DNA from: Octopus vulgaris
Taxonomy: Eukaryota
Direction of reading: 5' to 3'
Assembly (NCBI GenBank): GCA_951406725.2
Contig: OX597825.1
Location: 14,632,001-14,696,000, forward strand
DNA: 64,000 nucleotides
The notes beneath the pieces were generated by a model that was given only the letters and a program-made list of their open reading frames with translations, did not search any database and was not told where the DNA came from. The first letter of the stretch is position 1, and the number at the start of each line of letters is the position of its first letter. Below are positions 27,394-41,180 of this stretch, in pieces. Both the position numbers and the translations under genes were made by a program.

Positions 27394-29961
27394 GATCCGG
27401 GATTGAAAGGTAGAAAACAAAAGTAAGCAACTCAGAATCACACAAAGACCGTTTACTTACCTTAAACATTTGTTTGTAATATGGCGTTAAAATTTCTGTA
27501 GTTGAAACCTCGACCATTCTGCATATCAAAACGCTTGCCAAGTAAGAACATCAGCTTTATACAGACTATACTTAAATTAGGAATAGATCGGCTCATAACT
27601 CTTATCATGAAAACTTGTGAATCAAATTTTTGAAAATGTCCTGCTGCAAGTAAAATATTTAGGAATCTTATGACAGTGTTTGGCAGGAGAGCCCAGGAAA
27701 TGCGTTAGAAAGAAACAAAACAACAGAAGATCTCTTATGAGTTTCGATAGGAAGTTGCATGGTGGGCGTTTTTTAAAGAAATTTAAGGACTAACTGGAAT
27801 AAAAAAAAAAAAACAAGCGTCGATTTGAGAACGTACTACATGATAGCCCATATTTCTCTTGATCAGACAGATCCCTTATCATAAACACTTCCACTTCAAC
27901 CACGCTCTCTTGCATTTTATTCACTGTATTTTAGGAATTACATTATGCACCTGAGGTCCTCATATTGCACCACTATAATGTATTTTGAGTGAATATGGCT
28001 GCTACATTTTATAGCTTTGCTTCGGCAACTAGGTAAAAGATATTTATTCACATTGTAAAGAGAGTGCTGTTTAACCCTAGACAGACCTCGTTGTATGTTA
28101 TTAGTACAAAAAAAATTTCGTACCTTAAATATCCGATCATGTTTTCATAACTGACTTATATAGGTTACATGTTTCATTGGAGGATGTGCTTTTTAATAGA
28201 CATGGGTAGTAGTTTTAGCGCGTCAAATACTCAAATAAATATTGCTTTCTTAAATTCGAGCGTGAAAAAGGCCTTAACGTTAGCAGAGACGCGACGAGGT
28301 TATCAAGGATAGGGAAAATGATGGTGAAGAGAATAATAGGTGCCGATAATTTAGAATTACATCTTTTCCATTGCTTCTATTCCGATCCAGTGGGGTTCAG
28401 CGTTGTGTGGTTTAAGAAAAACGCAATTGAAGTAAAATTAATGTTTTCTTTGTAGAACAAGAATTAAAAGATCTGGGTATAAGAGCAGGCTATATGTAAC
28501 AAAACTACGTGTATCCTAGTTTAAATGCATACAGATATACAGAGTATAATAGAAAAAAGACATAGAGGGGCAAAGAAATCATAAAGAGCGAAAAGATAGT
28601 GTCATGTGAAGAATTTCCACGAATCAGGATACACAAGCCTGTGGAGCAAAACACCATTAAGTAAAACAAGAATTCTGGAATTAGAATCGGAAGCAATTTT
28701 TAGAATACAGATGCAGGACTCGGAGTTGACAAAATTAATCCAAATTCCGCACTGAATAAATAAATAAATATTTCTAGGGTATTGCATTGAAATTTACGTT
28801 CGACAGATACTAAATTTTGTTTGCATTTTCTTCTCTTTTTTTTTTTTGATTTGCTATCAATTTATTGTTGTTTAAACCTAATTCGTGAATTCCCCATAAA
28901 AAAATAAGAAAACGAAAAGTTTTCAGAAAACTATTTTTGAATAATCATGGAACATTAACCATAATATCTGGAATATAAAGCTAAAAGTTTATATGATACC
29001 AATATTACCAGATTTACTGCTTGAACAAATGCACAGGGAAAGAAAAAAATCAAATTTAGCAAAAGGCTCTTGTGTTATGTTCCGAGTATGCTAGAATTTG
29101 GCCTAGGGAGAAATAGCAAAAAAAATAAACTATCGACTATGGAAGTAAAAAGTCGACCAGGAATTACTGAAGGGAAAATATTCGTTAAATTGTGATAAAT
29201 GCATCACGTCCCATATGAAAGAGGACGTAAAATTTAGATGTTTCAGTATCAACATGTAATAAGTGTAGAAGGAGGAGGACATTTATGCTACTTATAGATA
29301 TAGAATATATTACAAGACTAACAAAAGAAAGGGCTTGAGAGAAAATTCGCTGAATATCTGAAATTTAGAACTCGCAGTGATCAAATTGTGTTTTTGCGTA
29401 TTTCCTTTTTATCGATTCTTCAAGTTGGCATGAAAATGAAACGATAAAACATAGATGTATTAAGAAGCAATAGCGACCTAAAAGAATAGAGAATGACTGT
29501 ACGAGCGAGAGATTTGATTCTGTTCCTAAAGGTTCATTACGTAGCGCTACGAACATGCTATGAAAATATGCACTTGGATAAGTTTACTTATAATATAATA
29601 GTGAGAAGTGGAATGGGAGAATGTGTTGCAAAATAACATTTTATGTACACATAATATATACATACATATATATGTACATATATACATATACATACATATA
29701 CATGCATATATATATACACACATATATATATATATATATACATACAAATATATATACAGACACAGACACACACATATACGCATATATACGTAAATGCCGA
29801 ACGTTGGAAATGAGTGTTCAACACAGCATTGGTGGATAGAATATCTTTATTTCTAGATTAAAGCTACCATTGGTTTCATGTGAAGAAAAGTAGTAATATA
29901 TCCTAGTATCTTAACAATTTTTCAAGCCGATCACAGGGAGAAAGATGTTCGCCACACAGCA

Positions 29962-30042
<81 letters not shown>

Positions 30043-30047
<5 letters not shown>

Positions 30048-30356
30048 TTATTTGAGGGAATATTATTTCTAACTGACAGGAAAAATTCAATTTAGAAATA
30101 CTAAATCAAAGTTCACAAAATATAACATTTATTTAAAAATTAGAAAAAAACACCTTTTATCAATTCAAAATGTACAATTAAATTACACCATCTAGAAAAT
30201 TACATATAATAGAAATATTAAAATTAAAGTAACAATAATATACCGATGATTAAGTAAATTGCAACATAATAATAAAAACGTATATATTTGGTAGAATTAT
30301 TATTGTTATTTTAATTCTATTATATGAAATTTTCTAGATGGCGTAATTTAATTGTT

Positions 30357-30362
<6 letters not shown>
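30043..30362. mobile_element. TA-flanked element with internal inverted repeat
   Basis: Arms at about 30167-30240 and 30298-30362 (AAAATGTACAATTAAATTACACCATCTAGAAAAT / ATTTTCTAGATGGCGTAATTTAATTGTTCATTTT), with (TA)n on both sides. Confidence 0.6.
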
Positions 30363-30399
<37 letters not shown>

Positions 30400-31351
30400 T
30401 ACAATAACTCCAAAATGGTTGTACGATATAATTGAAACTATGACAGATTCCAGTACAATTGCATGCTTGTAGCGTGTGATCTAAACGTTATACATATTAT
30501 AGTAAACAATCTCAAAATTGTATTTACGACTGTAATAGGTTTATGATTATTACACATTCAAATATACACACTTATGTATTTCCATCTATAATATTTTTTG
30601 TATATAATTTAGCAACATGAATTTAGTGGCTGAAATATTCTTTGTATATAATTTAGTATCACAAACTTGGTGGCTTTTGTTTTTTACCGGATATAATAAC
30701 ATCTGAAAATTTCTTTAATATATGCTTATTTCAAAATGGCAAGGCCTCAAGAACCATTTACATAGGAAACCACAATAAAAAAAGGCAGTATTTTTAGCTC
30801 AATAAATCTCTCCTAATAACTGTCTTCGGGCTTCAATGATGTATTTCCCGAACCTACATAGAAAACTCCAGGAAATTAATTTCTAGATTCGGAACATAGC
30901 TTTAGTACATTAAGGTGATTTCGGCAAATTTTCAGTTGAATTAAAAAAAAATTCTAGTTCATAAATATAGAGGATATTTGATGAATAATGCTATGCTATA
31001 TTAAGCTCGGCTGATATTCAAAGAAATGGATGTTGTTTTCCTAGATATGTTTTGCTGACTTTAAACCTGTTGCTTAATCAGCCGTGAATGTAAACAGGTG
31101 TATAGAATATCCTATTAAATTTAAATTGACAATATTTTATGAAAATGTCATATTTTATGTCTAAAAACTGTGTTTTATTTTGTTTTTTTTCTTTCGGAAT
31201 TTCAACAGCAATACGATATTTATTTTAAAGAAAGAAAGTAATTAATAGGGAATAAAAGTCAGTGTGCGTTCCCTTCTCCTACATCGAATCTCGTGATCAA
31301 CCACATACAAAGAACGTGTATTTTTATGCCTAGGCAGAAACATAGCCAGAA

Positions 31352-31382
<31 letters not shown>

Positions 31383-31609
31383 TGTATGTATGTATGTATG
31401 TATGTATGTATATATATATCTATCTATCTATGCTTGTACCTATGCATGTATCTATCTATCTATCTATGCTTGTATCTATTCATGTATCTATCCATATATA
31501 TATATATTCTGCTTGGAAAAGCAATAATGCTCATGTATCAAAAGTACATATTTCATTTCTTTGTGGCAGATCAATTTTAAATATTGTTTCATACATTTCC
31601 TGATATATA

Positions 31610-31995
31610 GGCGCAGGCATGGCTGTGTGTTAGGTAGTTTCCTTCCTAACAATATGGTTACGGGTTCAGTCACCTACAACCTAGGGTTAACCAAATTCTC
31701 GTTACACGGAAACTGAAAAGCATTGCATGTGTATATATATATATATATATATATGCGTGTGAGAGAGAGAGAGTTTGTGCGTGTATGTGTGTAAGTGTAT
31801 GTGTGGGTATGTATCCTAGTTAATAACTGGCGTTGGTGTGATAACCGAATTAGCAGTTCGGTTAAAGAAACCCATATAATGGGTACCAAGCTTTACAAAA
31901 AATTGTACTGAGGTCGATTCGTTAGATTAAAATTCTTCATTCTTCAAGGTGATGCCCCAGCATGGCTGCAGCCTAATGACAGAAGAAAAGAAAGG
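31610..31995 (+). mobile_element. SINE family A, diverged copy
   Basis: GGCGCAGGCATGGCTGTGTG..GGGTTCAGTC head and a recognisable 3' CCCCAGCATGGCTGCAG. Confidence 0.8.
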
Positions 31996-32119
31996 TTAAA
32001 TTGTACAAGGTATATAATAATGTACACTTCATTATCTACGTATTTATCTCCAAATGTATCAAATTTTCCATGTAATTATATCTACATGTTCTCTCTCATT
32101 ACTAAATCCACAATTTTTT

Positions 32120-32310
32120 TTTATTCTCTCTCTTTCTGTTTATTTTCTTTTATTCCTTTCTGTTGCAGAGTGTAATCTCAAAACCTAAAAGATTTTCTCA
32201 CTTGCCCGAGCCTCAAAGAAACATACACCTGCTTGTTGTTCACACACCTGTCTTCGTCTTATGTCTTTCTGTAAATTTCAACTATATACATTTTCAACTA
32301 CATACATTCA
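32120..32310 (+). mobile_element. Decayed repeat with possible minimal hammerhead remnant
   Basis: TTGCAGA-G-TGTAAT-CTC-AAAA-CC-TA at about 32163-32188 follows hammerhead spacing but is heavily mutated. Ends near TA repeats. Confidence 0.3.
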
Positions 32311-33257
32311 TACATAAATATATATATATAGTATACTAGATGTTTGGAGACAGTTTCTGCAAAAAGGAAGTCACTGCTTTCGAGAGCTATGAATATCCTA
32401 TATACATTATATATTTGTTGCATGCTATTGTGTGTTGCGTATCGGGACAGAGATTTCTAACGTAGCTAAGACTAAGCTCGGACATTGCATTGCAGTGGTT
32501 TTCAGTCCTCTTTGTCTGTAATATAAGACTGTTTGAGAAAAACCTAGTTAATAGAGAATGTTTGCTTGAAACTGCCGGCAATTCAGCAATGATATTCTTG
32601 AATGAAATAAACTGTGGAAAATGAGAAATAGACGAAAAATAATTTGCATACATATTGTATCTACTTTAACGAAATACTCACACTTATTGTTGCGAGTGTT
32701 GTTTGGGGGTCTTATGATATCTAAATATATTGGCATCCAGAAAAAAATTGATATTTGATATATCCAAAATTGCATATGTTTCGATTGTATGAGAAAATGT
32801 AGATGTTGCGTGGGACAGTGCCCAAATACACTGAAGAATCTTGCGGTAAAGGCATGTTCATGAATGAAATATTTTCAATTGGATTACATAAACTCGACTT
32901 GATCTTTTGAGATACAATGAAATTTTCTGTTATAGAATTTAAATAGCTAGCGTGGATTTTTGTGTTTAGCTAAATCTGTGTACCTTCTACAATAAAGAGA
33001 CTGTTCCACTCTCGTATGATATTAATCTGTCAGTGTTATTTCCCGTTAGTTCCAAATGTTATATATTAACGTTAGTTGGCTAAATATTTATATTGAAGTA
33101 CAACTTGTACTATAAGTTTCAATTTTAAAGAGAAATTTGACGGATTCCGAAGATACGAGGAACTTAATCTTCGTCACGCGTTATGTTTCTCCTGGCGTAA
33201 AACTGAAATTAATTGTTCTCAAAGAAGATACCATTAGTGCATATATATAGAGAAGAA

Positions 33258-33307
33258 GAGATAGATAGATAGATATATAAAGAGATAGATGATAGATAGA
33301 TAGATAT

Positions 33308-33382
<75 letters not shown>

Positions 33383-33405
33383 TGTATGTATGTATGTGTG
33401 TGTGT
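33258..33405. repeat. (GATA)n microsatellite
   Basis: Directly visible. Confidence 0.96.
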
Positions 33406-34457
33406 ATTCGAACTGAAATAACAGTAGTAGGTGGGTCAGGACAACCAATACTACTTAAGTGTAGTACAGCAAAAATTTAAATGTTAATGTCAAACCTAAA
33501 CGCAGCCACAGCATTCTTAAATTTATTATCTAGACATCTTTCCTGGAAGCACAAGTAATATAGAATATTTAACAGGAGAACCTTCTATTTTAACTATTCA
33601 TGGTGAAGGAACTTTGTTAATCAGTATAATGTGTATGGACACAATAAATTTGATCAATTAAATGGCGACTCTGAATCCAATTTTAAAGAGTCTAGAAATT
33701 CTGACATTAATGGCAACTGAAGAATGACGTTGTATACGAGTATAGCCGTAAGTTCAATGTCAATGATATCTCTACGTGTAAAGTTGTTTTTTTCCGGAGT
33801 ACAGGGAACGCTTCCGTGATAAGGTTTTACCTACTCAACATTTCCTCGTCCTGTGTCCCCAAACATGACTGTAATTGGAAGAAGCTGATTTTGTTGAACT
33901 TCAAACCTTGCTCCCCGTCTTGTCAAAGGCATACTATTACTGCCATCGATTCCTTCACTATTTTGTAGAATGCCTGTTATGTTTAAGCAAGATATATTCT
34001 ATTGCATTTCGTGACAAATCGAATATATGAATTATTAATCATTGTGAAGACATTATTCGAGGTTTTTGGTATCGAAATTTTGTCACCGACGGATTATGAT
34101 AAATAACCATCATTCATTATCGCAAATACTTAATGGAGTTTTGCTTTATTACATCGAATATGTTGGTTGTATTGTTTGTTAAACTTGGATTGTTTCTGTC
34201 CGACCGTTGCTTTCGATCTATCTACGAATGCTCGCTTTAAGCTGTTTTACTTTTTTATATTTTGCTCTTAGTATTGCGTTTCATTAGTCAAGTTATTGGC
34301 TATACACATTTTTGCAATGTTAATAGTTTCTATTCCATGATGATGTTACTGGTTTTGAAATTTATCACCCCTATTTAATTCTGATTTGAATGATTTTTAA
34401 CGACTCCCGGAAAACTTTCCATGAAGTTGCTTATTTCAAAATTGCATTTCATCCGGT

Positions 34458-34681
34458 TTCTCTCTTTACTCTCTTTTGCTTGCTTCAGTCATTTGACTGT
34501 GGCCATGCTAAACCACCGCATTTAGTCAAGCAAATGGAACCCAGGACTTATTCTGTGTAAGCCTAGTACTTATTCTATCGGTCTCTTTTGTGAACCGCTA
34601 AGTTACGGGGACGTAAACACACCGGCATCGGTTGTCAACCGATGTTGGGGGACAGACAGACACACACACACATACACACAT

Positions 34682-34748
<67 letters not shown>

Positions 34749-34962
34749 CATATACAACGGGCTTCTTTCATATATGCACACACACATGTATATATATACA
34801 CACACATACGACGGGCTTCTTTCAGGTTCCGTCTACCAAATCCGCTCACAACGTTTAGGACGCCGCGAGGCTATAGCAGAAATACTTGCCCAAGGTGCCA
34901 CGCAGTGGGACTGAACCCGGAACCATGTGCTTTATAAACAAGCTACTTGCCACAGAACCGCG
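34458..34962 (-). mobile_element. SINE family A
   Basis: Reverse complement of 142-563, with a local duplication of ACGGGCTTCTTTCA inside the internal microsatellite. Confidence 0.9.
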
Positions 34963-36902
34963 TTTATTTATTTTTTATTTTCTTTGTTCAGACTACGTTC
35001 ACCAAACATTTATTCTCACTAGTAGGTAATGGTTTCTGCTTCCGGACAAAGAAACATAAATGCATTTACGTGAATGCTGTTTAATATCGCTTGCATCGCC
35101 AACATATTGTTTGAAAAAATCTCCTTTGTTTATTGCTAATATACGAGTTAAACACTGCCAGTCTTGTTGGCGTGAAAATTCAATTAATGGAGATTACTTC
35201 ATTTTAGTATGCAGTACACTCAACCATCAAGAGTCGCAATACAATGAGACCATGAAGGGGGAGCCTGAAAATGATTGATATCAATGCAAAATCCTAATGG
35301 GATTCTATAGACAATTGAATGAGATGGAGAAATATTAATTTGTATCTGAATGCTAAGAATGTGAAGCTGATGGTCATTGCAACAGAGAATGGGACACGCA
35401 GAGTGGATTCAATCATTACCAACATGCTAATGACCATTCAAGTGGTTACTTACACAACATACGATGTCATGTCACACATATATTTGAACATTCACATAAA
35501 TGGGTGTATGAGTTGCACTGGTATACGAATGAGTGTAAGAAGTACACTCTGTGCCCTCAAATGTGCTCTCATAATAAAATATGATCATATTAAGGAATCG
35601 TTAAGAGAATATTTGGAAATTACCGAGTGGAATGCAACTTGGCGAACATTTTACTCTTGACATACCTGAGTAAAACGAAAACTAAAAGTTTGAAATGAGT
35701 TGCATAAAAACAAGAGACTTAAGAGATTACTTATGGAGCTAAAGAATTTGAAGATTCTTTGAATGATAATTATTTACATGGCTATGAAACATCAATCTGA
35801 TAAATAACTTATGAAGTTTTAGAGTATTGTTGAACTGTACCTTATACTTTATACCAGGTGCTTTATTTTTTTTTGATTTTTTTCCATTTATTTTTTTGGT
35901 AGGTACTTTATGTATTTCAGAGATAATATGGTGTTTTTACACCTTTTACCATGGAGAGAATTTTTTCTCAGCAGAAACTTTAGTGAATTTGCCGTTAGAA
36001 GTTAAAATGTGTAACAAACATATTTTAACTTATATAAAGCTCGTTTATTCTTCCTCACTGCTTGACGCTGATGTTGCAATTTTTATTCCGACCTGACTGT
36101 CCACGAGAGCAACCCAATTACTAATGTTGATATTTTTTAGATAAATCTCAGGCGTTGAATATACCCAGGGTTATTTCTCTTCCGTATTTGTCGTGGATTA
36201 CTAAAGTGCAAGAAACACCCATCTGGGAATCCACTAGACAAAAGCACTGGTGAGATATGTTGATTTTTTTTCCTTTGCTTAACCTTTCACGAAAATTCTA
36301 TTCTCATAAGAGATATATATATATATATGACAACACACTGGCATTTGCATGTACGTTTTACGTTTCTCCATTGGTTATTACCATCTTTACCACTTCATTT
36401 GCTTTTGTTTTGAATATTTGCTTTTGAATAAACAGCTTAGACTGATTATTATATAAAATCGAAATAAATCGTAAATCTAGTCTAGCGTAATATGAAGGAA
36501 GTTCATATAAAAATATGAATGACTTTTTCAATTATATTTTTTCCGATCTTACTCCCTAGCCTTTTCAGTTCGTCTCTTTTTACTATTCTTCTCAATATGA
36601 AGAGAAAGCTATTGTCTCATTAGGTATATTGTATTTGGTCTATCATGTATAGGATTTGTTGCACAATTGATATGACAGATATTCTCTGGAGTGCTCCAAT
36701 TGTATTCAAAACACGATGATTCTCAACGATATTATTGATCAAATTATTCTGCTGACTTACCTTTCTTTACGACATATTTTATGTTCAGCGTATTAAATAT
36801 ATAATACACACACACACACACACGTATACATATATAAAATGTAAGCATATACATACATATATATATACATATATATATATATATACATATAGATATATAT
36901 AC

Positions 36903-36990
<88 letters not shown>

Positions 36991-37349
36991 CACACATACA
37001 TATAAATATATCGTGTAACTACAGATGATATGCATACGCACATACACATGCATATATAATATGCATACACAAACATACATACATATAAACACACAAACAC
37101 ACACACACACACACACACGCACATACACACATAATGTCTATGTGTGTCTGTATATGTTCGCCTGTGTTATTTACATATAAAGAAGGAGATTAGTTTGTCT
37201 GTGTGTGTAAAGTAGTGTGTACGTTTGAAATTCTTTGTATATGTATTTGTAGTCTTGTGATTTTATGTTCAAATATAAGTGTTTGTGCATATACATATAT
37301 ACATACATGTGGCCCACAATATATTTGCGGTACCAGTACTCATACCAAC

Positions 37350-38011
37350 ATGCATACAATGGCACACACTCTGTTTGCAGTGCTAGTATTCATATCAACA
37401 TTTGGGGTGCTTGATTGGACGCTTTATGAGATACGAGCCATTGATATGAAAACCTGAAAAATACTAACAAGCACACATACTTTCCACGTAAATAGAGGTG
37501 TAGACCGCCTCTACCTAAAACGTAAATAAGAAGCTTAACATCGATCCAAAATGCCTTTGAAGGTCGCATCATATCCCCTTGGCAACATTTTTTAACCACC
37601 AAGCGTCAAAGTGCATTCCTTGACCAAGTTTGCATACATGAAGCTGATAACATCATAAGAGTTTGAAGGCATCTCCTTGAGCAACACTCATTGTCTGATA
37701 ACCAAGAATACATACCCACAGAAGTTCCCCGACTCTACCACAACGTATCTTCAGATGAAATGATGAGCCTATATGACCAGAAGCCTATGCATGGAGATGT
37801 TAGTAGAAAGCTCCATGATGATTGTAATATCGATCATCATGGACGAATAGCCGGATTATTGCCTCCCACTTTGAAGAGTATACGTTTGTAATCCAGGAAC
37901 AGGAAATATCAACCAAGAACCTGATGCACAAAGGGGATAGAGATGCAGGGAAAAGCCATAAAATGTGACAACCGATGCAGACTTTGTGGAGTTCACACTG
38001 AAGATATCACC
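37350..38011 (+). pseudogene. R4/Dong-like non-LTR retrotransposon ORF fragment (RT C-terminus to CCHC zinc knuckle)
   Basis: Translates, with stops and frameshifts, to TFGVLDWT..EIRAIDMKT*KILT..TFHVN..VDRLYLKRK...KPMHG...SHFE.Y.F.IQEQEISTK...CDNRCRLCGVHTEDIT. Confidence 0.85.
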
Positions 38012-38508
38012 TGTGTGAAAAGTATACACACACATATATGTGTGTGTATATATATATATTATGTACACTTATATAGGTATACACTAATGCATACACTGAT
38101 ATAGCTATGGATGAAGGAATTTGTATGTGAAAGGGTATATGCGTGTGTGCGTGTGTATGTACCTTCCAAGAGGATTACTTTCAGTGAATCAGAAATGTTC
38201 CTTTATTTCCTACAAGCTGAAACATCTGCTGCAATTGGCAGATATTCCTTTATGCATCAATATAGATAAGTATAAATATTTGAGTAATAAATGTCTATAT
38301 TCTTCCTAATCTGAACTTTATACACAGTAAATCAATAAAAGGAACATATACTAATTATCATAAGGAAACACCTGAGAATTAAATTGATGTGGTAAGGTAA
38401 CCTTCAACATATTTGATAAGGGAAACGGATTAAGGCCCTCTAAATATATATTCTGCTTTTATTTTTCATCAAGTTCTTTATTTATTAATAAGCACACACA
38501 CACACATA

Positions 38509-38915
38509 GACGTAGGAGTGGTTGTGTGACAAGTAGCTTGCTTAAAAACCACATTGTTCCAGGTTCAGTCCCACTGCGTGGCACCTTGGGCAGGTGTCTT
38601 TTACTATAGCCTCGGGCCAACCAAAACCTTGTGAGTGGATTTGGTAGACGAAAACTGAAAGAAGCCCGTTGTATATATATATATATGCGTGTGTGTGTGT
38701 GTGTGTGTGTGTGTGGTATGTGTGTGTGTGTGTGTCTCTGTTTGTGTGTCTGTGTTTGTCGCCCCAACATCGGTTGATAACCGGCAAAAGTCACCGATAG
38801 TATAAGTACTAGGCTTAGAAAGAATAAGTCCTGGGGTCGATTCGCTCGACTAAAGGCGGTGTTCCAGCATGGCGGCAGTCAAATGACGGAAACAAGTAAA
38901 AAAGAGTAAAGTGAG

Positions 38916-38917
<2 letters not shown>
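38509..38917 (+). mobile_element. SINE family A
   Basis: Matches 142-563 with a small internal deletion. Confidence 0.9.
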
Positions 38918-38992
<75 letters not shown>

Positions 38993-40914
38993 GAACACAG
39001 AAATAAACATCTCTCATGGCGAATAAATATACATACGTAGATATATGCATATACTTAATATATATTAAATGTAAATAAAAAAATATGACATAGAAAGCGA
39101 GGGAGACGGATTAATGATACCCATAAAGACAGTTTCCTTTAGAATGCTCCCTTATAGCTACGTCAAGATTTTCTTTATTGTACATGACATATGCCATAGC
39201 CGCTTGCATTTTAATATAATGCAAAATATCAATTCATTAACAGAGTCTTTGATAAAGAATATTACACTTTAGAAAACAATTTAAAATTTGTTTTTACTCT
39301 CTTTATCTCTGTTTCTCTTTTTTCGTTTCAGTGCTTCTCACAGTAATTTTTTTTTGTTATATATTTCGCTCACGATTTTATTTTTATTATTTTTGCATTT
39401 GCTTCATTATTTTAATATGCTATTTGCTTTTTTTTTCCCTCATCTCCCAAACTGATAATATAACGAACGACTGCAACTAATTGAATGCCACTTTTACATT
39501 TCCAGTTCGAGCACATTCTATTAGCAAAAGAAACAGAAAACTCTCCATTATATAAAAAAACAAAGCAAAAAAATAAATAAATAAATGCTTCTTTTCTGAG
39601 TGTTATCTAATGACACAGGAGATATTGAGATAGTCAATGCATCTGTATTTTGTCATGCAACAGTGTCCAATTCCTTCGGCGATTTGTAGCTAATATGTAT
39701 TTAATTTTTCAATGATATCTCTAAAAGCCTGTAATGATAATTTGAAGTATCTCTCAATAATCTTGTTGTTATGCTGTTTAATATTGTTTTTCATTTCTAT
39801 TTTATTAAAGCCAGGCACGTCCATTTTAATTGGTATAATGTGATTACATTTAAAAGAAACATTACGGGCTTTCATAATTGATAATGATACATTTGAATGC
39901 AATCAAATGTAATTGTAATCTAGAAAAATATTTAAAAAATCTCTCTCTAATTGATTTATGACATTATCAGAACGAAAGGAGAAAAATAACGACATTCGTT
40001 TTTAAACGAGGATTTTATATATACACATACCTTAAGAAATAAGAATTATTAAACTAGAATAATTGCAGATTTGGTGGAATAGGGGAGTGTGATATAAAGA
40101 AGAATGAGATAGGCGTTAACGAGGCTTACAAGAAAGGTTTCAAACAATAGCAAGCCTCTAGAATCTAATTTAGATTTCTTTTTCATTAATTTGTTCCAGT
40201 TATTAATCGAATCTTGCTGGGTGATTGCATGCAAATCTGTTAATAATAGATATCAACACGATTGCTAGAAAAATTGAAAAAAAAAAAAAAAAAATTGTGG
40301 TACTGATATGTCGAACTAAGAAGACAATAGCCATTATCCGATAATTCCATTCAAAAAGTAATTGAGAGGCCATTCAAATATTGCGATCCAGAAATAGAGA
40401 TAAATATAATCTGGAGATTAAGCAAAGAAAGAATGACAGTTTCTACAGAAATCAGTTACAAAAAACGATGAATGCAAATGCAATGGAAGAAAAAAAAACA
40501 AAAACAATCATTTACATATATTCATAAAATACAAACTATACAAGGGGCACAGGACTGGATTCCCTTGTGTAACAATAGCAAGTAATGCATATAATATTAC
40601 AGAATAACAGCAATTCTACATTTTGTTCGCCGCACTAACAGTTCCTCCTCTACTTTTTCTTTGTAACAATAATTTTTTTTGATCAATTTTAAATATTAGG
40701 AAGTTACCCGATTATTTCCTAAATACTTTATTTTACCGACCCCGAGGTAAAGTTAATCTTAGTACGATATAGACATTGAACACCTGAAAAAATATTCTAA
40801 TGATTATATCAATGCGTAGCCTAAATAACAGTTTGTAATTTAGTCACATGACTCGAAATGTATGGAAGGGGATTGAACAAGGCAATCGACCCAATATTTG
40901 ACAGGTATTTTACG

Positions 40915-40999
<85 letters not shown>

Positions 41000-41000
<1 letters not shown>

Positions 41001-41180
41001 GCGTGACGACGTCATGTTGCAGGGTTACTTAGTTTCACATGGTGTGTTGTGTGGACTGGAGCAACATGGAATGTGGTGTTTCGTTCAAGAACACAACATA
41101 CCGCCCTGCCCAGAAATCGAAACTGCAATCCTACTATCATAACTACAACACCCCAACCATTGCATTATATGCGTCCATGT
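41000..41180 (-). mobile_element. Old D-type SINE fragment
   Basis: GTGGACTGGAGCAACATG...TCAAGAACACAAC...AATCGAAAC. Confidence 0.65.

Noticed and set aside
28455-28500. EQELKDLGIRAG, a SAM-domain-like peptide after an acceptor-like site
   Set aside because: An in-frame stop follows within a few codons and there is no credible donor site.
35200-35660. LYLNAKNVKLMVI, resembling a LINE RT post-YADD motif
   Set aside because: It is a single weak motif with no neighbouring RT motifs; possibly an ancient LINE, but not supportable.
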